Below, piece after piece: positions 18,292 to 28,220 of a DNA stretch of 64,000 bases. The translations under genes were made by a program, and so were the position numbers. The notes under the pieces are model-generated. The model searched no databases. It saw only the letters and a program-made list of their open reading frames with translations, and was not told where the DNA came from. The stretch is from assembly GCA_965232515.1 (NCBI GenBank), contig CBDDPY010000002.1, positions 192,001 to 256,000 of the forward strand, given 5' to 3'. The DNA comes from Alphaproteobacteria bacterium (GTDB taxonomy: Bacteria > Pseudomonadota > Alphaproteobacteria > GCA-2731375). Within the stretch, counting starts at the first letter, position 1, and each line of letters starts with the position of its first letter.

Positions 18292-20709
18292 TCAGCCGCG
18301 CATGCGTATGGCATCGGGATCGAACAGCGGCTTGGCGGCGTAACGGGCCGATCGTCGGTCGCCCAGGATTTCCACCTCGAACGATGCGTCGGCGTCGATG
18401 AGATCAGGCGGCAGGTAGGCGAGCGCGACGCTTTCGCCGACGTAATGCGCATAGCCGCCCGAGGTGACGAAGCCGACGACCTCGCCGTCGTGGAACACCG
18501 GCTCGTCGCCATAGACATCAGCGTCGTCGGCGTCCACGACCAGCGTCGCCAGTCGGCGTTTCGGTGGCGTGCCGCGTTGTTCCATCACGGCCGCGCGGCC
18601 GATGAAGTCGGCGTTGCGGTCGGTATCGACGAAACGGTCGAGACCCGCCTCGAACGCCGTGTAGTCCGGGGTGAAGTCGCGCATCCAGCTGCCGAAGCCT
18701 TTCTCCAAACGCAGCGAGTTGAGCGCCCGGCCGCCGAACGGACGCACGCCCAGATCGGCGCCGGCTTCCATCAGCGTGTCGTAGAGCGCCGCGTGCTGCG
18801 CGGCCGGCACATAGACCTCGTAACCCAGATCGCCGGTATACGAGACCCGGGCGACGATGGCGTTCGTCGGACCGACATCCACCTCGGCGATGCGGAAGAA
18901 CCGGAACGCCGCCTGCGACAGGTCCACGTTACAAAGCCGGGTCAGTAGTTCGCGCGAGGCCGGCCCGGCGACGGCGAAGCCGCCGAGCGCGCGGGTGACG
19001 CTTTGCACCTTGACGTCCTGATCGGGCAGCTGCTGCGCGAACCAGCGCAGATGAAACGCTTCGGCGATGCCGGAGCCGAAAATGAAGAACCGTTCTGGGC
19101 CCATGCGCGCGACCGTGAAGTCACCCATCAGCCGGCCCTTCGGGCTCAGCATCGGCGACAGCGACAGCCGGCCCTCCGCCGGCAGGCGGTTCGCCAGCAA
19201 GCGGTCGAGCCAGGCCTCGGCACCGGGCCCGGTGATCTCGTATTTCGCGTAGTTGCAGAGCTCGAGGATGCCGACGCCGTTGCGCACGGCGTGGCATTCC
19301 GCCGCCACCGGCTCGAAAGCGTTCGAGCGCCGGAAGGTCGGCGTCTCGACGGCCGTACCGCCATCGGGCGCGAACCACAGCGCATGCTCCAGCCCGAAGG
19401 CCGCGCCGTACACGGCGCCACGCCCGGCCAGCCGGTCGTAGGTCGGCGAGGTCTGGACCGGCCGTCCCGCCGGCAGTTCCTCGTTCGGGAAGGTAATGGT
19501 GAAGCGGCGGCGGTAGTTCTCGTAGACCTTGTCGTTGACGTAGCCCTTGGTCGCGTAGTCGCCGAAGCGGCTGACGTCCATGGCGAAGACGTCCATGCCG
19601 GGCTCGCCCTCGACGATCCATTCCGCGACCGACAGGCCGACGCCACCGCCCTGCGAGAAGCCCGCCATGACGCCGCAGGCCTGGAAGAAGTTCTTCAGCC
19701 CCGGCGTCGGGCCGATCAGCGGATTGCCGTCCGGCGCAAACACCATTGGTCCGTTGATGATCCGCTTGATGCCGGCCTCGGCGAGGCACGGATAGCGGTC
19801 GTAGGCGACGGCCAGATTGTCCATGATCCGATCGAGATCGGATTCCAGCAGTTCGTGGCCGAAGTCCGCCGGCGTGCCGTCGGCCGACCAAGCCCGGCAA
19901 CCCTGCTCGTAGGTGCCGATCAGGATGCCCTTGCCCTCCTGGCGCAGGTAGCTCTCGCCCTCGAAATCGATGGTGTGGGCCGCTTCCCGCTCCAACGCCG
20001 CGACCTCCGGTATGTCGTCGGTGACGAGGTATTGGTGCTCCATCGGCAGCACCGGCAGGTCGACGCCGGCGAGCTTGCCCACCTCGCGTGCCCACAGGCC
20101 GGCGGCATTAACCACGACCTCGGCTTCGATGGTGCCCTGTGGCGTTACCACCTGCCAGCCGCCGTCGGGCGTCGGGTTCAGTTCGATCACCGGCGTCTGG
20201 CGGTAGACCTCCGCGCCGGCCATTCGTGCGGCCTTGGCGTAGGCCTGGGTCACGCCGTTGGGGTCGACATGGCCGTCATTGGGATCGAACAGGGCGCCGG
20301 TCAGATTCGCCGTGTTGATCAGCGGATTGACTTTATGAACGTCGGCGAGATCGATGAATTCGAGATCCAGGCCCAGATAGCGCGCCTTGGCCCGTTCGGC
20401 CTTCAGGAAATCCAGGCGCTCGGGCGTTGCCGCCAGATACAGGCCGCCAGGCTGGTGCAGGCCGCAGGACTGGCCGCTGATCTCCTCGATCTCGTGATAA
20501 AGATCGATCGTATAGCCTTGAAGTTTCGAGATATTCGCGTCGCTGTTGAGCGTGTGCATGCCGCCGGCCGCATGCCAGGTCGAGCCGGCGGTCAGCTCGG
20601 TCCGTTCCACTAGTACGACGTCCTTCCAGCCGAGCTTGGTCAGGTGGTAGAGCACGCTGCAGCCGACCACCCCGCCGCCGATGACGGCAGCCTGCACCTG
20701 GGTATTCAT
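18292..20709 (-). CDS. GcvT-family FAD-dependent dimethylglycine/sarcosine dehydrogenase-like protein
   Basis: VIGGGVVG, LTAGSTWHAAG, MEHQY, APDGNPLIG, RVSYTGDLGYE, SLRLEKG, VTSGGYAH, PLFDP. Confidence 0.93.
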   Translation of the reverse strand: MNTQVQAAVIGGGVVGCSVLYHLTKLGWKDVVLVERTELTAGSTWHAAGGMHTLNSDANISKLQGYTIDLYHEIEEISGQSCGLHQPGGLYLAATPERLDFLKAERAKARYLGLDLEFIDLADVHKVNPLINTANLTGALFDPNDGHVDPNGVTQAYAKAARMAGAEVYRQTPVIELNPTPDGGWQVVTPQGTIEAEVVVNAAGLWAREVGKLAGVDLPVLPMEHQYLVTDDIPEVAALEREAAHTIDFEGESYLRQEGKGILIGTYEQGCRAWSADGTPADFGHELLESDLDRIMDNLAVAYDRYPCLAEAGIKRIINGPMVFAPDGNPLIGPTPGLKNFFQACGVMAGFSQGGGVGLSVAEWIVEGEPGMDVFAMDVSRFGDYATKGYVNDKVYENYRRRFTITFPNEELPAGRPVQTSPTYDRLAGRGAVYGAAFGLEHALWFAPDGGTAVETPTFRRSNAFEPVAAECHAVRNGVGILELCNYAKYEITGPGAEAWLDRLLANRLPAEGRLSLSPMLSPKGRLMGDFTVARMGPERFFIFGSGIAEAFHLRWFAQQLPDQDVKVQSVTRALGGFAVAGPASRELLTRLCNVDLSQAAFRFFRIAEVDVGPTNAIVARVSYTGDLGYEVYVPAAQHAALYDTLMEAGADLGVRPFGGRALNSLRLEKGFGSWMRDFTPDYTAFEAGLDRFVDTDRNADFIGRAAVMEQRGTPPKRRLATLVVDADDADVYGDEPVFHDGEVVGFVTSGGYAHYVGESVALAYLPPDLIDADASFEVEILGDRRSARYAAKPLFDPDAIRMRG

Positions 20710-20846
20710 CCGGCCATTCTCCATCGATTACTGGTGCCGTGAAAGACGTTCAACTACCACGCCTACAGACACAATTTTTTGTTCCCGACACCTGCGATTT
20801 TGTGCCAAGGTTCCCGGTTAAAGGGCGTTAGGGATTGCGGAAAGCC

Positions 20847-21842
20847 ATGCTTGGAACCACGCCACGCGAACTGCCGCAACGCTTCGCGTTCGTCGTCATA
20901 CCTGATTTCACCATGATCGGCTTCACCGCGGCCGTGGACACGCTGCGGTTGGCGAATCTCTTCAGCGGACGCGAGCTCTACCGCTGGCACCTTGTGTCGC
21001 CGGACGGCCAGCCGGTCGTTGCCTCGAGCGGCATTCCGGTGCTGGTGGAAAGTGGCCTGGAACAGGCATCCGATGTGTCGGCGGTGGTCGTCTGCGGCGG
21101 TATCAACACGCACCGGTTCCACGACAAGGCGATGTTCGCTTGGCTGCGGCGCATGGCGCGCCGCGGCGCCGATATCGGCGCCGTTTGCACCGGCTGCCAT
21201 ATCCTGGCGGAGGCGGGGCTGCTCGATGGCTATCGCTGCACCATCCACTGGGAGAACCTGCCGGCCTTCACCGAACGCTTCCCCGATGTCGAGGTCACCT
21301 CGCGTCTGTTCGAGATCGACCGCAACCGCTTCACCTGTGCCGGCGGCACCGCGACCATCGACATGATGCTCGGTCTGATCGCCATCCAGCACGGCCACGA
21401 ACTGGCCGGCGAGATCGCCGAATCGATCATCCATGAGCGGATCCGCGAGCACGACGAGCATCAGCGCACCTCGCTGCCGGCGCGCCTCGGCGTCCGACAT
21501 CCGAAGCTGCTGGCGATCATCGACCTCATGGAGAAGAACCTGGAAGAGCCGCTGGAGCGCCACGAGCTTGCCGCCATCGCCGGCCTGTCGACGCGCCAGC
21601 TTGAGCGGTTGTTCCGGAAATATCTCGACCGTTCGCCGGCGCGCTACTATCTCGAACTGCGGCTGCACAAGGCCCGGCTGCTGCTGCTGCAGACCAATCT
21701 GTCGGTGATGAATGTGGCTTTGGCTTGCGGTTTCGTGTCGCCATCGCATTTCACCAAGTGCTACCGCGCCTTCTTCGGCCACACGCCTTATCGCGAGCGC
21801 GGCGTGCCGAACGCCAAGCTGAAGGCGCTGGCCGGCGAGTAG
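20847..21842 (+). CDS. GlxA/GbdR-type AraC regulator (DJ-1/PfpI + AraC HTH)
   Basis: LRLAN, CTG, CTIHWEN, LFEIDRNRFTCAGG, RQLERLF, ACGFVSPSHF. Confidence 0.92.
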   Translation: MLGTTPRELPQRFAFVVIPDFTMIGFTAAVDTLRLANLFSGRELYRWHLVSPDGQPVVASSGIPVLVESGLEQASDVSAVVVCGGINTHRFHDKAMFAWLRRMARRGADIGAVCTGCHILAEAGLLDGYRCTIHWENLPAFTERFPDVEVTSRLFEIDRNRFTCAGGTATIDMMLGLIAIQHGHELAGEIAESIIHERIREHDEHQRTSLPARLGVRHPKLLAIIDLMEKNLEEPLERHELAAIAGLSTRQLERLFRKYLDRSPARYYLELRLHKARLLLLQTNLSVMNVALACGFVSPSHFTKCYRAFFGHTPYRERGVPNAKLKALAGE

Positions 21843-21847
21843 ATCGT

Positions 21848-22789
21848 CTAACCATCGACCGCAAAGCCGACACCGTCGTCGGCCATGGTGAAGGCGCCGT
21901 CGGCGACGGCGTCCGCCCAGGCCGTTGTGCGCGCTAGACCGCCGAGCGAATAGACGTGCGCCTTGACGATTCCACAGTCCGGGTCCTCGGCCCGATAGGC
22001 CGCCAGCGCGGTCACCATCCGGTCCGGCGCGGTGACCGTCAGCAGCTTGGCGATGCGGCTCGTCTGCCGGGTCAGCATGCGCATCGACGGGCCGATGCCG
22101 CAGGACCGGGCGAAGCTCAACAGCGTCCGCAGCTTGGCCGGACCGGGAATGCCGACATGGATCGGCAGCCCGTTGCCGGCGGCGCGGATGGCCTTGTCCC
22201 AAGCGATGATCGGGCCGGCGTCGAAGCAGAACTGGCTGACGATGTGGAACGCGGCATCGCTCCGCGCCGCGAATGCGTTCTTCCAGGCCAGCGCCTCGGC
22301 CACCGCGTCGGAGCTGATGTCCGGTGTCCCTTCGGGATGCCCGGCGATGCCGATCCGATCGATGCCGTATCGGTCCAGCAACCCGGTCTCCAGCAGCTGC
22401 ATCGAGGACTGGTAGGCGCCGATTGGCTGGCCAGCGCCACCGGCAATGACCAGCACTTCCCGAACGCCGGCCTCGTCCCGCAGGCGCTTCAGGCCTGTCT
22501 CAAATTCATTCCGGTCGACGATGGCGCGGGCCGCCAGGTGCGGCGCGGGCTCGAAACCCTCGGCGCGCAGCCGGACGGCGGTGTCCACGGTCTCGGCAAA
22601 CCGCGTGCCCGGCAGGAACGTGACGTTGACCGTCGTGCCCAGTCGCACGTGTGCCCGATAGTCGGCGATCTTTTCGGCCTGGTGCGGCGTTGTTTCCGTG
22701 CTGTAGCCGCGCATGAAGGCGACGATCTGCGCCTTGCGTGACAGGCCGGAATCGGCGGGGGTAAGGCTTGGTGTGACGGCGAACGACAT
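21848..22789 (-). CDS. metF: Methylenetetrahydrofolate reductase
   Basis: VTFLPG, PAPHLAAR, GIAGHPEG, SQFCFD, VGIPGPA..CGIGPS. Confidence 0.85.
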   Translation of the reverse strand: MSFAVTPSLTPADSGLSRKAQIVAFMRGYSTETTPHQAEKIADYRAHVRLGTTVNVTFLPGTRFAETVDTAVRLRAEGFEPAPHLAARAIVDRNEFETGLKRLRDEAGVREVLVIAGGAGQPIGAYQSSMQLLETGLLDRYGIDRIGIAGHPEGTPDISSDAVAEALAWKNAFAARSDAAFHIVSQFCFDAGPIIAWDKAIRAAGNGLPIHVGIPGPAKLRTLLSFARSCGIGPSMRMLTRQTSRIAKLLTVTAPDRMVTALAAYRAEDPDCGIVKAHVYSLGGLARTTAWADAVADGAFTMADDGVGFAVDG

Positions 22790-22856
22790 GAGGCGAGCCT
22801 CGGCTATCGTGCCGCAACGAACTGGCTTGGCAGCGACCTCTATCTGTTGGATTGCG

Positions 22857-23594
22857 TCAGGCGCCCAGGCGGTGGGCGTAGAGGCGTTGGTAGTGCGGCA
22901 GGCTGGCCTTGGCCAGCGCTTCGAGCGTGTCGCTCAGCTCGGGCTCGCGCGGCCGGTAGGGCGCGAAGCCAGTCGAGGATTCGACCGCTGCGTACCAGTG
23001 CTCGGCCCACACCCCGTCCGAGTGACGCCGTCCCGGCGGCCAGGACAGCATGGCCTCGGTGAACGGCACCTCCAGCGCCACGCAGAGGAGAGAAAGTAGG
23101 CGTTTCGGATCCTGCAGCACGTCGCGGGCGTCCAGCACCGGCGGGATCCGGCCGGTGCGGGCGGCCACCGCGTCAAAGATCTCGGCCTGCTGGTGCATGC
23201 CAATATCGTCCAGCGTCACATCGGTCCGCTTCGCCGCGTAGGACGCCAGCACCTCGCGTGGATCGCGGATGAGGAAGCAGTTCGCGACGCCGTCGAGCCA
23301 GCCCCGGTCGATCTCGGGCAGCTGATGGTGCGTCATGTGCTTCTGATAGAAGATCCGGCGGCCGTCGGGGACCGGTCCCACGGCCATTTCAGCGACCTTG
23401 CGCCAGTCGGTCTCGCCGGCGGCGATTACGTCGGCCGCCATCGGGTGCGCGAGGCGAGTCGCTGCCAGGTAGTAAGCATAAAACGGCTCATCCCAGACCG
23501 CCGTGTCGGGCCGGTTTTCCCAGGCGCGCATCATCGCCGTCGAGATATTGCGCGGTCCCGACCACATGGCGATGCGCAACGGCGCATCCGACAT
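22857..23594 (-). CDS. Sulfotransferase-like P-loop protein (family often associated with class IV aminotransferases)
   Basis: RIAMWSGPRNISTAMMR, DEPFY, YQKHMTHH, FLIRDP, DGVWAEHWY..V..STGF. Confidence 0.82.
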   Translation of the reverse strand: MSDAPLRIAMWSGPRNISTAMMRAWENRPDTAVWDEPFYAYYLAATRLAHPMAADVIAAGETDWRKVAEMAVGPVPDGRRIFYQKHMTHHQLPEIDRGWLDGVANCFLIRDPREVLASYAAKRTDVTLDDIGMHQQAEIFDAVAARTGRIPPVLDARDVLQDPKRLLSLLCVALEVPFTEAMLSWPPGRRHSDGVWAEHWYAAVESSTGFAPYRPREPELSDTLEALAKASLPHYQRLYAHRLGA

Positions 23595-23605
23595 TGGCTT
23601 GGCCC

Positions 23606-24769
23606 TCAGCCGACGCCGAGCAGGCGTTCGACGAAGTCGAGCTGGATGCGAGTCGCGTCGACCAGCTCCGATATCGGCACCGACTCGTTGGCCGCGTGCC
23701 CTTCGTCGCCGCTGCCCGGCCCGAAGTTGATGATTTCGATTCCGTCGTCGGCGAAATAACGCCCATCGCTGACGCCGACCGCGTTCAGGAACTTTGCCGG
23801 CGCACCCAGCTGCGCCTCCACGGCCTGGCTCAGGGCGGTCACGGCGGGGCCGTCCGCCGGGGCCGTGAAACCGTTGGTGCCGGTCAGGAACGTTACCTCC
23901 ACGCTGCCGGCCGGCTCGCCCGCGCCCTCGACGATGTCCTTCAGTTCGGCGAAGGCGTCCTCGACCTTGGTGTCCGGCAACAGCCGGCAATCGATCTCAA
24001 CCGTGCAGCTGCTCGGCACCGCGTTGGTGTTGTGGCCGCCGCGGATCAGGCCGATGTTCATGGTCGCCTGCTTGTCGCCGGCCACCCGCTCTGCCAGCTT
24101 CGGCGCCAGTTCGGCTTCGATCCGGTTGATCACCCGGACCATGCGCAGGACGGCGCTGTCGCCGGCAGCCGGGTTGCCGGCGTGCGCCGACCGGCCGCTG
24201 GTGTCGATCCGCGCCCACATCACGCCGCGCTCCTCGGTGATCAGTTGGTTGCTGGTCTGCGCGCCCAGCACCAGCATGTCCGGCTTCACCTTGCCGATCT
24301 CGCGCAGATAGCTGAGCCCGTCCTCGCCGAGGCGCTCTTCGTCGCCTACGAAGGTAAAAACCAGCGTGCCGGTTTTGGGTCCGCCGCGCCGCGCGATCTC
24401 CTCGGCCAGCCAGATCTGCGTCGCCATGGAGCCCTTGCAATTGCCGGCCCCGAGCCCGTAGATCCGGCCGTCCCGGATATCGGCCTGAAACGGGTCGCTA
24501 TCCCACTTCGCCGCCTCATCGATGCCGACCGTGTCGACATGGGCGTTGAAGACCAGCGCCGGTGACCCCTGGCCCAGGCTGGCGACGACGTTGTCGACGT
24601 CTTTGATGCGCGCCAGCACCTCGGTCTCGTAGCCGGCGGCGCGCATGCAGTCTGCGGCATAGGCGCAGATTTTCGTGCTGTCGCCGGGCGGATAGGCCGA
24701 CGGGATGGCGATCAGGTCCGACAGGATGCCGGTCAGTCGGTCGGCCAGGGCCGCGTCATCGATACTCAT
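23606..24769 (-). CDS. M20 ArgE/DapE-like metallopeptidase with atypical metal ligands
   Basis: NAHVDT, GDEE, GRSAHAG, HAANE; NCKG and GAQT replace DMKG and GEP. Confidence 0.85.
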   Translation of the reverse strand: MSIDDAALADRLTGILSDLIAIPSAYPPGDSTKICAYAADCMRAAGYETEVLARIKDVDNVVASLGQGSPALVFNAHVDTVGIDEAAKWDSDPFQADIRDGRIYGLGAGNCKGSMATQIWLAEEIARRGGPKTGTLVFTFVGDEERLGEDGLSYLREIGKVKPDMLVLGAQTSNQLITEERGVMWARIDTSGRSAHAGNPAAGDSAVLRMVRVINRIEAELAPKLAERVAGDKQATMNIGLIRGGHNTNAVPSSCTVEIDCRLLPDTKVEDAFAELKDIVEGAGEPAGSVEVTFLTGTNGFTAPADGPAVTALSQAVEAQLGAPAKFLNAVGVSDGRYFADDGIEIINFGPGSGDEGHAANESVPISELVDATRIQLDFVERLLGVG

Positions 24770-26025
24770 GCGTCACCATTGGCAAGATCGACCAGCAGCG
24801 CCGCCAGCACCCGCGTGCCGGCCGCCAGATCGTCTGGCGTTGCGCTCTCGGCCTCGTTGTGGCTGATGCCCTTTTCGCAGGGTACGAAGATCATGCCGGT
24901 CGGGCAGACCTCTGCCATGTACTGCGCGTCGTGACCGGCGCCCGAGAACATGTCCATGCAGCTCAGTTCGAGCTGCCGCGCCTGCCCGCCGACCCGCTCG
25001 ACCATGGCACGCGAAAAGTGCGTCGGCGAAGTGTCACGCGTTTTCGTGACGGTCACGGCGCAGCCGCGCGCATGCGCCTGGCAGACGGCGTCGACCTGGC
25101 CGCCGAGCCGGTCCAGCACGTCCTGTTCGGGATGCCGGAAGTCGATGGTGAAGAAGACCCGGCCCGGCACCGTGTTCGGCGAGCCCGGCTCGACCTCGAA
25201 GCGGCCGATGGTGAAGCGTACGGTGTCCGTATCATCGGCCATTAGCTCTTCCAGCGCGCCGACCATCTCGGCGGCGGCTTTGAGGGCGTCCTTGCGCTGC
25301 TTCAACGGCGTGGTGCCGGCGTGCGCTTCTTCGCCAACGACTTCGATGGCGAACCACTTCGAGCCCTGGATGCCGGTTACCGCGCCGATGGTGGTGCCGC
25401 TGTTTTCGAGCCGGGGCCCCTGTTCGATATGCGCTTCGACATAGGCCGCGACCGGATAGCCCGACTCGATCCGCCGCAGATCGGGCAGGGCGGAGAAGGT
25501 AGCGTCGAGCGCCGTGCCGAAGCGCGCGCCGTCGCTGCCGACGACGTCCTGTAGCTCGGCCAGTTTCATGTCGCGGACGAACACGGCCGAGCCCATGCAG
25601 CCCGGCTGAAAGCGGCTGCCTTCCTCGTTGGTCCAGGCGACGACCTCGATCGGTCGCTTGGTGGTAAGGCCGGTGCGCTCGATCGCCTCCAGCGCCTCGA
25701 AGCCGGCGAGCACGCCATAGGCGCCGTCGAACTTACCGCCGGTCGGCTGGCTGTCGAGATGGCTGCCGGTCATCACCGGCGGGGTATCTGCGTCGCTGCC
25801 GGCGCGGCGCACATAGAGGTTGCCGATCTCATCGATCGCCACCGTAAAGCCCAGCGCGTCGGCCCAGCTCGCCAGCAGGCGGCGCGCCTCGTTGTCCTCC
25901 GGCGACAGCGCCTGCCGGTTCACGCCGCCCTTGGGCGTGGCGCCGAGTTTCGCCATGTCCATCAGCCGCTGCCAGAGCCGGTCGCGGTCTACCCCTGCGG
26001 CGGCGTTCGAGATGTCAGCGTTCAT
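24766..26025 (-). CDS. Zn-dependent amidohydrolase (allantoate amidohydrolase / N-carbamoyl-L-amino acid hydrolase family)
   Basis: GSHLDSQPTGGKFDG, NEEGSRF, EAHIEQGP, HAGTTP, SGAGHDA, GISHN. Confidence 0.92.
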   Translation of the reverse strand: MNADISNAAAGVDRDRLWQRLMDMAKLGATPKGGVNRQALSPEDNEARRLLASWADALGFTVAIDEIGNLYVRRAGSDADTPPVMTGSHLDSQPTGGKFDGAYGVLAGFEALEAIERTGLTTKRPIEVVAWTNEEGSRFQPGCMGSAVFVRDMKLAELQDVVGSDGARFGTALDATFSALPDLRRIESGYPVAAYVEAHIEQGPRLENSGTTIGAVTGIQGSKWFAIEVVGEEAHAGTTPLKQRKDALKAAAEMVGALEELMADDTDTVRFTIGRFEVEPGSPNTVPGRVFFTIDFRHPEQDVLDRLGGQVDAVCQAHARGCAVTVTKTRDTSPTHFSRAMVERVGGQARQLELSCMDMFSGAGHDAQYMAEVCPTGMIFVPCEKGISHNEAESATPDDLAAGTRVLAALLVDLANGDA

Positions 26026-26125
26026 GTATTCCGACCCTGTTTTTCGTCGTTGGTTTCGGCGTCGCCGCGCGCCGCCATCCCTGTTCATAAACTGCCGCGG
26101 CGGCGCTGAAAACCACTGTCGTCGC

Positions 26126-26142
26126 TGCCCAGAAATTACGCA
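26126..26142. promoter_or_regulatory. Possible NtrC-type binding site
   Basis: TGCCCAGAAATTACGCA (TGC-N11-GCA, AT-rich core) about 100 nt upstream of the amidohydrolase. Confidence 0.3.
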
Positions 26143-26277
26143 ACTGCCCACGTCGGCGGCACAGCCAACGCCGATCCGCAACTCTGCTGTGGCGTCGCGA
26201 GGATGCTGCCCATAAGGTGGATGGTGGTTCGGGCCTGCTTCAACGCTGATCAATAACAGTTGTGAGGGAGGATCGAC

Positions 26278-27579
26278 ATGACATCTGACGATATCGCGGC
26301 CAAATTGCCGGATCTGGAGCGGGCCGCTGCCGGTGGTCTGTTGCACCGCCGCGCGTTGCTTGCCGGCGGTGCGCTCGCGACGGGCGCTATCGCGCTGCCG
26401 TCCACGGCCGCCGTCGCCGGTGCCGTCGGACCGGCCCAGCCGGAATCGATGCGCATACCCGGCGCGCCGTTTCGTGGCTACGGCCAGCCGTCGCGGTTCG
26501 AGGCCGAGGTGGCGCGCGGCATCCTCAAGCCCTACGGCGACCTGTCGCCGGGCGCCGGCGTCTCGATGACGCCGTTGCAGAACCTGAGCGGTACCATCAC
26601 GCCCAATGGCTTGTTCTTCAACCGCAGCCACAACGGCGTCCCCGACATCGATCCGGCGGCGCACCAGATCCTGATCCACGGTCTGGTCGAACGCCCGCTG
26701 AAATTCAGCATGGATGCGCTGATGCGCTATCCCATGGTCTCGCAGATCTGCTTCATCGAGTGCTCGGGCAACAGCTTCTTCAACAGCAACCTGTTTCCGG
26801 AGCCGATGCAGATGCCCGTCGGCATGATCCATGGGCTCGTATCCGCCGCCGAGTGGACGGGCATCCCGCTGGCGACCCTGCTGGACGAAGCCGGCGTGAA
26901 GCCCGAGGCCGGGTGGATCCTGGCCGAGGGCGCCGACGCGGCGGGCATGAGCCGCAGCATTCCGATCGACAAGGCGCTCGATGACGCCATGATCGCCCTC
27001 TACCAGAACGGCGAGCGCATCCGGCCTGAGCAGGGCTATCCGGTGCGGCTGATGCTGCCGGGCTATGAAGGCAACATGAGCGTCAAATGGCTGCGGCGCG
27101 TCAAGCTGACGGCCCAGCCGACGCATACCAAGGACGAGACCTCGAAATACACCGACCTGATGCCGGACGGAAAAGCGCGTCAGTTCACCTATCCCATGGA
27201 CGTGAAATCGGTGATCACACGGCCCGCGACCGGTCTGGCCATGCAGGGGGCAGGCTTCTACGAGGTGTCGGGGCTGGCCTGGACCGGCCACGGCCGCATC
27301 GCCAGGGTCGAGATCTCGGCCGATGGCGGCGCCAGCTGGGCCGAGGCCGCCTTGAGCGAGCCGAACCTGCCCCATGCCCTGGTGCGCTTCAGCCTGCCCT
27401 GGCAGTGGGAGGGCGGTCCGGTCGTCCTGATGAGCCGGGCGACGGACGAGAAGGGCAACGTGCAGCCGACCCGCGCCGACTGGTCGGCGCAATACGCCGC
27501 CGGCCAGCTCTATCACTGCAACGCGATCCAAAGCTGGAGCATCGCCGCCGACGGGGAGATCAAGAATGTCTATGTCTGA
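26278..27579 (+). CDS. soxC: SoxC-like sulfite oxidase family molybdoenzyme (Tat-exported)
   Basis: HRRALL Tat motif, TPLQ...ITPNGLFF, FIECSGN, QNGERIRPEQGYP, VKWLRR, SRATDE. Confidence 0.88.
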   Translation: MTSDDIAAKLPDLERAAAGGLLHRRALLAGGALATGAIALPSTAAVAGAVGPAQPESMRIPGAPFRGYGQPSRFEAEVARGILKPYGDLSPGAGVSMTPLQNLSGTITPNGLFFNRSHNGVPDIDPAAHQILIHGLVERPLKFSMDALMRYPMVSQICFIECSGNSFFNSNLFPEPMQMPVGMIHGLVSAAEWTGIPLATLLDEAGVKPEAGWILAEGADAAGMSRSIPIDKALDDAMIALYQNGERIRPEQGYPVRLMLPGYEGNMSVKWLRRVKLTAQPTHTKDETSKYTDLMPDGKARQFTYPMDVKSVITRPATGLAMQGAGFYEVSGLAWTGHGRIARVEISADGGASWAEAALSEPNLPHALVRFSLPWQWEGGPVVLMSRATDEKGNVQPTRADWSAQYAAGQLYHCNAIQSWSIAADGEIKNVYV

Positions 27580-28102
27580 TCGCGTTATCGCCGCCGGCAT
27601 CGCCGCGGTGCTGCTGTCGGGGCCTGCCTGGGCCGGCCCCGGCCTGGGCCAGCCGGCGACGCCAGAGGAAGTTGCCGCCTGGGATATCAGCATCGGGCCG
27701 GATGGGGCCGGCCTGCCCCCGGGCGGCGGCACCGCCAAGCAAGGCGCCGTCGTCTATGAAGCCAAATGCCTCTCGTGCCACGGCGAGGGCGGGGCAGGCG
27801 GCGAAAACCTTGCGGATCCCCTGGTCGGTGGCATCGGTTCGCTGGCGAGCGCGCAGCCGGTGAAGACGGTCGGCAGCTTCTGGCCCCACGCCACCACGCT
27901 GTTCGACTATATCCGGCGGGCAATGCCCTACGACGCGCCGCTGTCGCTGACCGATGATGAAGTCTATGCCGTCAGCGCCTACGTGCTCTGGCGCAACGAC
28001 GGCATCGTCGGCGAGGACGAGGTGTTGAACGCCGAGACGCTGCGCCGCGTGAAGATGCCGAACCGCGACGGCTTCGTGCCCTACTGGCCGCCGCCGAAGT
28101 AG
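27566..28102 (+). CDS. soxD: SoxD-like monoheme cytochrome c
   Basis: WDISIGPDG.GLPPG, CLSCH, TVGSFWP.ATTLFDYIRRAMP, MPNRDGF. Confidence 0.85.
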   Translation: MSMSDRVIAAGIAAVLLSGPAWAGPGLGQPATPEEVAAWDISIGPDGAGLPPGGGTAKQGAVVYEAKCLSCHGEGGAGGENLADPLVGGIGSLASAQPVKTVGSFWPHATTLFDYIRRAMPYDAPLSLTDDEVYAVSAYVLWRNDGIVGEDEVLNAETLRRVKMPNRDGFVPYWPPPK

Positions 28103-28220
28103 ATCTCGGTGCCGGGTGGCGGAGCCGGCCTCCGCCACCCATCGCGTCTTCTGCCGCCAATGGACTCTGCTCGGACACGCCACTAGGCTTTCGACCCAAG
28201 GCGAGGCGACAGGGACGACG

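Noticed and set aside
20765-20810. Possible sigma54 promoter or GbdR repeats upstream of the GcvT-family gene
   Set aside because: GG-to-GC spacing is 9 rather than 10, and the GACA repeats are too short to support a call.
24766-27738. 990-aa ORF suggesting a fusion to the Zn amidohydrolase
   Set aside because: The N-terminal 570 aa are antisense to soxC/soxD or intergenic. The real start is the ATG at 26025.
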